Shown here: positions 26,879 to 34,904 of the stretch, piece by piece
Layout of the letters: each line of letters opens with the position of its first letter
How positions within the stretch are numbered: the first letter of the stretch is position 1
DNA from: Acidobacteria bacterium AH-259-G07
GTDB taxonomy: Bacteria > Acidobacteriota > UBA6911 > RPQK01 > JADFOI01
Reading direction: 5' to 3'
DNA length: 35,745 nucleotides
NCBI GenBank assembly: GCA_027717925.1
Contig: JALLON010000003.1
Span: 1 to 35,745 of the forward strand
The notes under the pieces: model-generated
What the model was told of the DNA's origin: nothing
Seen by the model: only the letters and a program-made list of their open reading frames with translations
The model's database searches: none
Made by a program: the position numbers and the translations under genes

Positions 26879-28141
26879 CTAGCCGCGCAGCCGGCCCATC
26901 ACTGACCAGACTGCCTCCACGCGGTTGCCCCGACAAGCGTAAAGCCGGTCATAGAGGTTTACCGACGGGTCGCAGTGGGGAATGATGAATTCCAGCCTAT
27001 CGCCCAGCTTGATCTCACGGCTGGGAGAAGTCAGCGTAAGAATGCCGAATTCGTCCCCTCCCCACCTGTAGGTCACGCCAGTCACGTCCTTGGCCTCAGG
27101 TCCGAAGGAGCGATCAGTGGAGAAAGCCTTTAATCCGGCATCCAGCGTAACCCGGTCCGGGTGATTGGCACTCACCACGGTAGCCATCACGGTCAGTGAA
27201 TGACCAAAATCATTGTAAATTTCTCCATTGCGGCCCCCGATACGGCGGTAGTCCAGGTCCATGAAGATGTAGGATCCAACTTGAAGTTCAGTCAACTCCG
27301 CTAGATCGCTATCAATGTTGTAGGTGCCTGTGCTGGTGCCGGAGAAAATTTCCACCGGTAATCCCTCCTTTGCCAGCTTTTTCCGAGTCTCGGCGGCCTG
27401 GGTCATGGCCGCAAGCGAATGCGCCTTACGATTTTCAAAACCGACCACGTGGGACGAGCCTCCGGAATAGGCCTGCAATCCTCGAAGCTTCAAGTTCTTT
27501 GACCGACTCACGTGCAAGGCCAGATCCAGGGCCGGCTGACCCGGCAAGACACCTGTTCTGCGGTCGCCCACATTCAGATCCACCACCACGTTGAGGGTTC
27601 GGCCTTGAGCTGCCGCTGCTGCCTGAAAAAGTTCAACTTGCCGAGGATGGTCCACAACCACCATAAGATCTGCAGCCTTAGCGGCCAGGCGCACCATGCG
27701 CTCGATCTTGTTGGGACTGGTGATCGGTGAGGTCAGGAGCACACCGCGAACTTTCCCGGCCACCATCATCTCGGCCTCTGGAACCGTCGCCACGCACACG
27801 CCCAGCGCTCCCGCCTCCAATTGTCGCCGGGCCACCTCGACGCATTTGTGCGTCTTGGCATGCGGTCTCAGGGCCTTACCGTTGGAGCTTGCGTGTTTGG
27901 CCATCTTTTTTAGATTGGCTTCGAAAATGTCCAGGTCCAAAAGTAAGGCCGGCGTGGGCAGATCCTCTTTTGTCAAGCCCTTTGTTTTGCCCTCGCGAGA
28001 AATCAAGCGGTTCACCTCCTCCGTGTGGCCCCTCTTGCCGGCAGTCAATCCTTGAGCCAGTACTTGACTGGCCCGTGAACTCTCTAAGGCCACTCCGGTG
28101 GTCACGGTTGTTTGAATGAATTGTCGTCTCGTAGTTTTCAC
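26879..28141 (-). CDS. DSD1/D-threonine aldolase-like fold-type III PLP enzyme with Tat-like leader
   Basis: LPTPALLLD, LRPHAKTHK (PLP Lys), RRTGV, GLQAYSG, ELQVGSYIFMD, DAGLK, PHCDPSVNL; GTG 28141 gives (M)KTTRRQFIQ. Confidence 0.88.
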   Translation of the reverse strand: MKTTRRQFIQTTVTTGVALESSRASQVLAQGLTAGKRGHTEEVNRLISREGKTKGLTKEDLPTPALLLDLDIFEANLKKMAKHASSNGKALRPHAKTHKCVEVARRQLEAGALGVCVATVPEAEMMVAGKVRGVLLTSPITSPNKIERMVRLAAKAADLMVVVDHPRQVELFQAAAAAQGRTLNVVVDLNVGDRRTGVLPGQPALDLALHVSRSKNLKLRGLQAYSGGSSHVVGFENRKAHSLAAMTQAAETRKKLAKEGLPVEIFSGTSTGTYNIDSDLAELTELQVGSYIFMDLDYRRIGGRNGEIYNDFGHSLTVMATVVSANHPDRVTLDAGLKAFSTDRSFGPEAKDVTGVTYRWGGDEFGILTLTSPSREIKLGDRLEFIIPHCDPSVNLYDRLYACRGNRVEAVWSVMGRLRG

Positions 28142-28199
28142 CTCAAATCCCCCTTTTGAGGGTTCATAGCACGAAAACGAAAACAAAACAAGCCGGGGT

Positions 28200-28209
28200 G
28201 GGGTCTGAC
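28200..28209. repeat. IS target-site duplication, left copy (GGGGTCTGAC)
   Basis: Identical 10-mer at 30238-30247; each copy abuts a terminal inverted repeat. Confidence 0.85.
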
Positions 28210-30237
28210 CACGGTACCGGCAAAGTCAGGATAAGCGCTGGACAATGCGAAGATTGTAAGTGCCACTGGTGGGCGGGCGGAAGGAGTTCGGATCACGAGA
28301 TGGGTCAAAAGAGGTGTTGCGGGGGTGTTGAAGGCAGAGGTCGATGTGGGCGAGAGGGAAGAGGTTTCTCTGGTTGGGCTCGGGCTAGGGTGCGGTTAAA
28401 TACGGATGAGGCCCAGAGCAAGATGGGGTCGAGCGGCGAGTTCGCGTAGCGCTGAAGCGATGTTGTGGTAATGGGCAAGCCGCAGCACACTAATGGCGAA
28501 GTTGCGTAAGCAAGCCATGGTGAGAGGACCGTTGCCGGTGCGGATTTGCGAGCGGTCTTCATCGTAGGTTACATCGCGCACCCAGTGCAGTCGGTTCTCG
28601 ATCTCCCAGTGGCCGCGGTTCAGTTCCAGCAGACTTTCCGGTCCGGCTTGGTGGGGGGTGAGGCTGGTGATGACGTAGGCGGTCTCCTGCCTGGTTTTTC
28701 CCGATTTCAGCTCCTGGCTGAACCGCTCGATGACGGCCACCTGCCCGCAATGAGGAAACTCCACGTAGTCGTTCAGTGCGGTACTGGTCCAGATTTTGCG
28801 GATTTCCAAACGACCGTGGCCTTTCTCCGTGCTTTCATGCTGAGGGGGGAAAAGCCTCGCTCAGGCCGAGGTCGGCGATGTCTTCTTTCAGCTGGGGTTG
28901 GTTGTCTTTGACCGTGAACACATAGTCGGCCTGTTTGTCTTCCACCAGGAAACGGGCCAACTCTTTTTGGGTATGCATCGCATCGGCCGTCACCACTTTG
29001 CCGGCCAGATCCAGGGGCCGCAGCAACGGTTTGGCGGCCGGAATTTCGTTGCTCTTGGTTTCCACCTGCTGCTGTGCCAGCGTGATCCCTTGCTGATGAA
29101 CAAAGGCACTGAGCAGGTGAATTTGACGGCCCTTCTCCTGCCGGGCCCCGCGCAGGGTCTTGCCGTCCAAAGCGATGGCCTGCTGCGGAGCCGACTTCAG
29201 GCTCGTTAACCATCCGAGCAGGGCGCGGTCCACCGCCTCCACGTCGACCTCCTGCAGGAAGCGGCGAATCGCCGACTCACTGGGAGGCTGGTAGCGCGCC
29301 GTGCCAGGCTTCTTGCGGCAGCGCAGACGCTTGAGCATCTTCTGCGAACAACGCCCGGCCCACTCGCCGATAGCAGGTAGGAGCGGGCTCCGCTTAAGAC
29401 CGCGCAGATCGACACCGCCAGAATGCTCAGTCTCTGGTGGCGGATGCCGCGCCGTTTGCGGGGCTCCGGTACCACCCGCAAACACGCCATCAGATCATCG
29501 CTTTGTGGGATCGAGAGTTTCATCTGAAAAATCCTCCGAGTCAGTTGTGGATCGGGACGGGGGTCGGCTAAGCGCTGGCACGCCCCCTTTTCTAAAGGGC
29601 GCACCCAAACCCGCTTCGGGGCCCCGTGTTCCACGTAATGGGCTCCCCGCTTGCCAAACCCTCTCGTCTTTCCCAGTTCCCGCCAACCCGCGGCTCGGTA
29701 GCAAGTCCCCTGAAAACGACGCGGGTCGACAAACGTTTCCGCCAGCAAAATCGGGTGACCGTAATGACGCTGCCAATCCGAGCAGAGTCGCTTCACGTTT
29801 AAGCCCAACACGCGCGAGGCTAAATTGCGCCTGGCTCCTGGCGCCAGGATTAAAAAACGGGAGTTATTGGCAATCAGGTGCAAGCGTTGCCACTGCAGCG
29901 CCCGGGGCCAGCCGATCCACTCATCCCGCACCCCGCACTTGAGCGCCGCTGACGACCAGCTCAGCAGCGCCACCCACTCCCCTCTCCAGAGCGCCACATA
30001 GCGAATCGACTCCCCCATCAAGGCATGAAAACCCAGGTAGTGATGGCGCTTCATCAGTTCTTCCCAGCGCTTCCGCTCCCTCCAATCAATCGGTCGCACC
30101 ACCACCTCGCCCAGCCCAGGCCAGACCTCCATATCCTGCGCCATACCTCCTTTTTACCAGAGCACTCTGGGAAAGTCCAGTAGTTTCTGTTAAACCTGTA
30201 CTCGTAGGAACTTACGCATTACTTTGATTTAGCCCTG
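28210..30237 (-). mobile_element. ISAs1-family insertion sequence, 2028 bp, carrying a DUF4338 domain
   Basis: Terminal IRs CAGGGCTAAATCAAAGT / CACGGTACCGGCAAAGT (10/17 identical); 10-bp direct repeat; ISAs1 transposase motifs inside. Confidence 0.9.
28396..30144 (-). pseudogene. DUF4338-ISAs1 transposase fusion split over three ORFs by two frameshifts
   Basis: DUF4338: HHYLG, IANNSRFLIL, NLASRVL, LAETFVD, GTCYRAAGW..LGKTRG. ISAs1: EPRKRRGIRH, PSES, IALDGKTLRG, KSNEI, VTADAMHTQ, VKDNQ, KGHGRLEIR, RGHWEIENRLHWVRDV. Shifts at about 29374 (one base missing) and 28844-28853 (one base extra). Confidence 0.85.
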
Positions 30238-30247
30238 GGGGTCTGAC
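30238..30247. repeat. IS target-site duplication, right copy (GGGGTCTGAC)
   Basis: Identical to 28200-28209. Confidence 0.85.
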
Positions 30248-30273
30248 CCACAACCCGGCTCCACAAAGCTCGT

Positions 30274-31416
30274 TCAAACATTATCGGTCAGCACCCACGG
30301 TTGCCGATATGCCCGGCTGAGGTAGCCATTCGCTTCCTTGTCATCGACAAAGCTCTCAGTCTTGCTATTGAAGTGGAGCTTGCGATCCACTCGCATTGCG
30401 ATGTTGCCAATGTGAACCAGCACTGTGGAGAGATAACCAATCTCGATGTCACAAACCGGTCGTTGGCGGGTGCGGACGCATTCGACGAAGTTGCGATAGT
30501 GCGCATCGGGAAGGTCAACCGCGTTCAAGTTGGGACCTGGGTGATTGTCTCTTGTGTACACTTTCCAACCTTGCTGGTCCAAAATCATGTACCCCTCCGA
30601 GCCGTAGACAGCAACGCCGTTGTCAGCCCCTTCTATCTTGTAGGGTGCCCAGATCCGCATCTCGAAGAGGAGCATCTTATCAGGATATTCGAAAGCCGCG
30701 ATCTGGGTGTCAGGGGTTTCCTGATCGTCGTCGAAGAAGAGCTTTGCGCCGGAACAGCCGGCAGCCTGAGGATAATCAACGTCCAACGCCCACCGGGCAA
30801 TGTCCAGCTGGTGTACCCCGTCGTTACCCATATCACCGGTGCCATAATCCCAGATCCAGTGCCAGTTGTAGTGAAAACGGTTCGGGTTAAAGGGGCGTTT
30901 CGGGGCCGGTCCCAGCCACATGTCATAGTCGACCCCGTGTGGAACCGCGCCGTCCGATTTGCGGCCGATGTTCTTGCGTCGCTGGCTATTCCACGCCTTG
31001 GCCATGAGAATCCTTCCGAGTTGACCCGAGCGGGCAAACTCGATCCCGGCCTGAACCGTGGCACGGCTGCGGTTCTGTGTACCCACCTGGACGACCCGGT
31101 TGTACTTGCGAGCTGCCTGGACCATCAGCCGGCCTTCTCGAAGGTTATGCGAGATGGGCTTTTCCACATAGACATCTTTCCCCGCCTGACAAGCGAGGAT
31201 GGTCGCCGGTGCATGCCAATGATCGGGAGTGGCTACGACCAGAGCATTCACCGCCGGATCGTCCAGAATTCGACGAAAGTCTCCCACCACCTCGGGTTTC
31301 TTCCCTTTGGCCTGCTCTACAATCCGGAGGGCGGGAGCAACCACGTTTTGATCGACATCGCAAATGTAGGCGACCTCGACATCAGACAGAGCCGCAAACT
31401 CCCGGGCCAGCTCAGT
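30274..31416 (-). pseudogene. Gfo/Idh/MocA oxidoreductase lacking its 5' end
   Basis: VATPDHWH, GKDVYVEKP, VQVGTQNRS, WLGPAP, GDMGNDGVHQLD. The frame extends upstream (TELAREFAALSDVEVAYICDVD) but meets an octamer repeat and a TGA (31449-31447) with no GxGxxG motif and no ATG/RBS. Confidence 0.7.
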
Positions 31417-31452
31417 ACGAGAGCACGACAGCGCGAAAGCACGAAGTCACGA
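31413..31452. repeat. 8-bp tandem repeat, 5 units, consensus NAGCACGA
   Basis: cagtacga gagcacga cagcgcga aagcacga agtcacga. Confidence 0.75.
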
Positions 31453-31456
31453 ACGC

Positions 31457-32596
31457 TTATGCCAGCTCTACGGGCCTGCCAGTCGCTGCCGAATGGTAAG
31501 CCGCCAAGAGCACCTTCAGAATTTCAGCCCCCTCAGCCGCACTCATGTCACTTTCTCGCCCTGTCTCCAGGCAATCGACGAAAAAGGATGGGTCAGACTG
31601 AGTGGCAGCCTGCATCGTAGTCCAAGTAAATTTCCTGACACCTCCCATGATTTCGGTGGTACTCCTCCAGAATCCCATAGGGTCTTCCGGATGAGGTGGT
31701 CCGGGGCGCCATGCGGGCGCATCGCCGTAAACTTCTAAGCGGGGCCGGGAGGCATCTACGAGCTGCGACGCCCGGGTGCCGATCAGGTACAGCCGCATGG
31801 GTCCGGAAGCGGGATGGCTCAGCCATCCGATCCGTCCCCCGCTGAGGGTTCCGACCAATCCTCCTTCAAATTCGAGGGTCACGGCGGCAAAGTCTTCCAC
31901 GTCATTTCTCTGGTGCTCCCGAAAAAAGTAGTTGGCAGTCCGGGCATATACCCGCCGCACCGGCCGGCCGCCGAGCCCGCGCATGAGTCCAATCGAGTAG
32001 ACTCCTGTGGTGAACAGCTCGCGTTTAGAATCCAGAAACGTGAAGCGTCGCGGTGGGAAGTGCTCTTTCCGAAGCCGGTTCAGATCCGCAGTCCCTGAGC
32101 GCCCCTTGGCAAAGTGGAGATCACAGTGGATACCCACCAGGTCACCCAGTTGTCCACTGGCAACCAGGCGTTTCGCGCCCTGGACCCAGGGCATTCGCAG
32201 CATGCTATACATCTGGCTGTTGACCTTGGCCCGGTGGACAGCGGCAACCAGCCGGGCCGCTTGTTCGTTTGTCGTGGCAAGCGGCTTATCCAGATATAGG
32301 TGTTTTCCTGCATTGGCACACCGTATTGCGACCCGGGCTCGACGCTCGAATTCGACACAAACGCTGGCTATGTGAACATCCGCGCGTGTGAGAGACTGGT
32401 CAAGGTCGGGCAAAAGCGGTACTCCGAGTCGCTCAGCCAGTTCCTGATTCCAGCCGGCCCGCCGAGGTTCAACATCAGCCTCGTCAGTCACTGCAATGAG
32501 CTCACACCGAGGATCAGTTGCAAACTGCACGGCGTAGTTTTCCTGATGGGTTCGGCCCCCACCCACCAGCAAGATACCGTATTTCGAACTCATCAA
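31457..32596 (-). CDS. Gfo/Idh/MocA-family oxidoreductase
   Basis: ILLVGGG, AGKHLYLDKPLA, SGQLGDL, VEDFA, C-terminal AAYHSAATGRPV. Confidence 0.88.
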   Translation of the reverse strand: MMSSKYGILLVGGGRTHQENYAVQFATDPRCELIAVTDEADVEPRRAGWNQELAERLGVPLLPDLDQSLTRADVHIASVCVEFERRARVAIRCANAGKHLYLDKPLATTNEQAARLVAAVHRAKVNSQMYSMLRMPWVQGAKRLVASGQLGDLVGIHCDLHFAKGRSGTADLNRLRKEHFPPRRFTFLDSKRELFTTGVYSIGLMRGLGGRPVRRVYARTANYFFREHQRNDVEDFAAVTLEFEGGLVGTLSGGRIGWLSHPASGPMRLYLIGTRASQLVDASRPRLEVYGDAPAWRPGPPHPEDPMGFWRSTTEIMGGVRKFTWTTMQAATQSDPSFFVDCLETGRESDMSAAEGAEILKVLLAAYHSAATGRPVELA

Positions 32597-33102
32597 TCAG
32601 CTCCCTTGACCACAGATACGGGTTCTCCTTTGCTTAGAGATTGCCGCACCGCTTCTTGGGCATGCTGGCCTGTTGTGGTCACCTTAAAGAATTGAAAGCC
32701 GGGGACATCGACAAACTGCTGGTTCAAAGCCTTTTCATTGTTCTCATGATACAGTGTTCCGTGATTACCTATTACAAGCAAGTCGACGCGGGGCAGCTCG
32801 TGGCGCAGCATTGCCACGGTCACCAGTGCAGTTTGCCCTGCCTCCAGCTCCACCTGGACAGCCAAATGCCCGCTCTTGACACTTCCCCGGGCATAGACCC
32901 TCTGGACCTGCGCTCGCAGTACCTCCCCCGCTAGAGCTACACCTTCTCCAGCAGCAGGCAGCAGGTGTCCGTGGTCGGCCGAGACTGCCAAAACCAGACG
33001 AGCAAAAACGGGTTCCCCCAGATGTCCGGAGGAGATCTTTTCTAATACCGCCTCACGCAGACGTCTTAAATAACTCACTGAAGCGGCTTCCGGAATCTTC
33101 AC
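32593..33102 (-). CDS. Hypothetical protein resembling a stand-alone Gfo/Idh/MocA C-terminal domain
   Basis: ISSGHLGEPVFAR, VQRVYARG, LLVIGNHGTLY, AVRQSLSKGEPV; 4-nt overlaps with both neighbours. Confidence 0.6.
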   Translation of the reverse strand: MKIPEAASVSYLRRLREAVLEKISSGHLGEPVFARLVLAVSADHGHLLPAAGEGVALAGEVLRAQVQRVYARGSVKSGHLAVQVELEAGQTALVTVAMLRHELPRVDLLVIGNHGTLYHENNEKALNQQFVDVPGFQFFKVTTTGQHAQEAVRQSLSKGEPVSVVKGAD

Positions 33103-33488
33103 ACCACCTCGTATAAAATGGCCGTGTACTTCCCGCCTGTGAGAGTGTTCCGGATGGTGGGCCAGACACGCTGGTGTTCATCCGTCGCTACCCACTGCTT
33201 GCGTTGATCCTCAGTTGCAAAGCTGATCAGGAGGCGATACTTGCGATTGGCAGGACCTGGACCGGCAAGCGTTTCACGAAGTTTCAGCAATTTCACCCCC
33301 CCGAAGCCGGGCTGCTTGCTGATAGCTGGACGGAAAATCTTGTGGTAGTTTTCCACCATTTCTTTTTCTCGCGAAGGGTCAACTTCAAGGTCTAGGTGAA
33401 GCTGAATCGCGTTTCCTGCCGCCCACAAGCGCCGATTCGAGAGAATTCCCATTCCTAAAAGAGTCAGTAGACATTTTCGACGATTCAT
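33099..33488 (-). CDS. Exported ABM-like (dimeric alpha+beta barrel) protein
   Basis: MNRRKCLL...LWA leader from ATG 33488; FRPAISKQPGFGGVKLL, ISFATEDQRKQWVATDEHQ. Confidence 0.7.
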   Translation of the reverse strand: MNRRKCLLTLLGMGILSNRRLWAAGNAIQLHLDLEVDPSREKEMVENYHKIFRPAISKQPGFGGVKLLKLRETLAGPGPANRKYRLLISFATEDQRKQWVATDEHQRVWPTIRNTLTGGKYTAILYEVV

Positions 33489-33633
33489 GACACTGATTGT
33501 ACAGCCAGGTTCGCCGAGGGAGAAACAAATTTTATGACCACCGATTCCACTCCTGAACGGACGACGGATCTTTGGTGTTTTCGTGCCCTCGTGCTCTGGT
33601 CGTAGTGCGGAAGCAGAGGGATGAAGCCTGAAA

Positions 33634-33738
33634 CTAATTCCACCAAACGACATCTGAATGAGCCAGAAAGACTTCTCCCATTCCTGCCTCGCCGAGCTTC
33701 TCCAGAATCTTGTAATGGCTGATGCTCTCACCGACCAC
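33634..33738 (-). pseudogene. N-terminal stub of a Hanks-type Ser/Thr protein kinase
   Basis: Manual translation (M)VGESISHYKILEKLGEAGMGEVFLAHSDVVWWN* corresponds to subdomain I (GxGGMGxV); GAAGGGGG RBS upstream; not in the ORF track. Confidence 0.75.
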
Positions 33739-33948
33739 GCTCGCCCCCCTTCTCAATTTGTGCAAAGGGGTTTTGCCTAAATGTTACGCCTTTGGTGTAT
33801 TACAAGGCAATCTCAACTGGAGTGAGGTAAGATCTTTAATCATTCAATTAAGGACCTAACTTAACTTGGCGTTGGAGCGGACGCAATGACGCACGCCTTT
33901 GGTGGACAATGGTTCTATACCCTCGATGAACGGTGATAGAGGGGAGTG

Positions 33949-34224
33949 TTATGCCACCTTCGAAATTTCTTTCGCCTCATATTCCGGAAACATGATGATG
34001 GCAGGGTGAACCCCGAAAGCCTTGGCGAGTTGGAGTGCGCGCTTTTTCCCAATGTCAACACGATCGTTCTCAAGCAGGCTGATGTTAGTGGCAGAGATCT
34101 TGGAACGCTTGGCCAGCTCCGCCTGGGTCCACTCCTTCAGTTCCCGGAGCAGGCGAATAACCTCTCCGGTTGTAAGGGTGGCGTGCTGCTGTGCCGGAAC
34201 AAACCGGCCTGACTTTTTTAACAT
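33949..34224 (-). CDS. higA: XRE-family HTH antitoxin (HigA-like)
   Basis: IRLLRELKEWTQAELAKRSKISATNISLLEND; GGAGGT RBS; downstream of a RelE-like gene. Confidence 0.8.
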   Translation of the reverse strand: MLKKSGRFVPAQQHATLTTGEVIRLLRELKEWTQAELAKRSKISATNISLLENDRVDIGKKRALQLAKAFGVHPAIIMFPEYEAKEISKVA

Positions 34225-34237
34225 TTTGACGTACCTC

Positions 34238-34510
34238 CTAATAGTCGTGTGGCGTAATTCCGAGCACGTATACGGTCACTTCACTCCGTTCGACTTTGTA
34301 AATAACTCGATACTGTAGGCTCAGCCGGGACGATCTTTGACCGGCCCGCTTTCCTGTCAGCTTTTCGTCGCCGAACCCTGGAAAGCTCCTGATGATCTCG
34401 GGGCCATGGCGGAAGACAAGGGCCTTCCAGAGTTCGTATTTCTTGGTCACCTGCTTTGGGAGTTTCCTGCAGATCTTTGCCATGTTCGGTGCTTCTTTGA
34501 CACGCCACAG
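34238..34510 (-). CDS. higB: RelE-superfamily mRNA interferase toxin (HigB/YoeB-like)
   Basis: DEKLTG...RSSRLSLQYRVIY...ITPHDY; frame open back to CTG 34510 ((M)WRVKE); the track start is ATG 34483. Confidence 0.78.
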   Translation of the reverse strand: MWRVKEAPNMAKICRKLPKQVTKKYELWKALVFRHGPEIIRSFPGFGDEKLTGKRAGQRSSRLSLQYRVIYKVERSEVTVYVLGITPHDY

Positions 34511-34552
34511 TAGGTTATTAGAAATAATAACCTATTATAAACGATGAGTCAA
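34511..34552 (-). promoter_or_regulatory. Sigma70 promoter with overlapping palindromic operator of the TA module
   Basis: TTGACT (34552-34547), 17 bp spacer, TATTAT (34529-34524); perfect IR TAGGTTATTA-GAAA-TAATAACCTA (34511-34534). Confidence 0.8.
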
Positions 34553-34599
34553 GGTGCGATCGAAATGTCCGGTCGAAGGGAATGCATAGGAATGGGTGC

Positions 34600-34799
34600 C
34601 CCGCTGCGGTGATGTCCTTGCGCGTCCATTTTCGCTTCAGGGTGCCCAGTGCTTCAGCGAGACACAGCAGCGTCGCACAAAAGTTCGTATTCGAATTGAA
34701 GAACTGGCGTATTGGACCGCAGTCGCCTTCGTTGACCACCAGCTTTACCAACGCCGAAGCATCGAGATAGTGAGTCCTCACCCATTCAAAACCAGCCAT
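34600..34799 (-). pseudogene. Truncated PIN-domain (VapC-like) gene
   Basis: YLDASALVKLVVNE and LCLAEALGTLKRK, then apparent loss of similarity; the C-terminal acidic residues of PIN are absent. Confidence 0.6.
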
Positions 34800-34904
34800 C
34801 CATTTTTTCTCCCAGCGTCCCTATTCCACGTCCACAGAGCCCGCGCCCGCCGCCGCAGGCATTGGGCGGTCTAACGCTGCGCACCATTGCCGAGAGGTGG
34901 GTCG

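Noticed and set aside
29524-30144. Druantia defence system
   Set aside because: Only the DUF4338 domain is present, inside an IS; no DruE helicase or other Dru genes
30301-31620. 439-aa plus-strand ORF
   Set aside because: Antisense shadow of the Gfo/Idh/MocA gene with no recognisable motifs; the same applies to 619-1443, 5988-6635, 12363-13100 and 29301-29942
33489-33731. Long N-terminal extension of the ABM-like ORF
   Set aside because: Crosses an octamer repeat and the kinase stub in another frame; the export leader begins at ATG 33488
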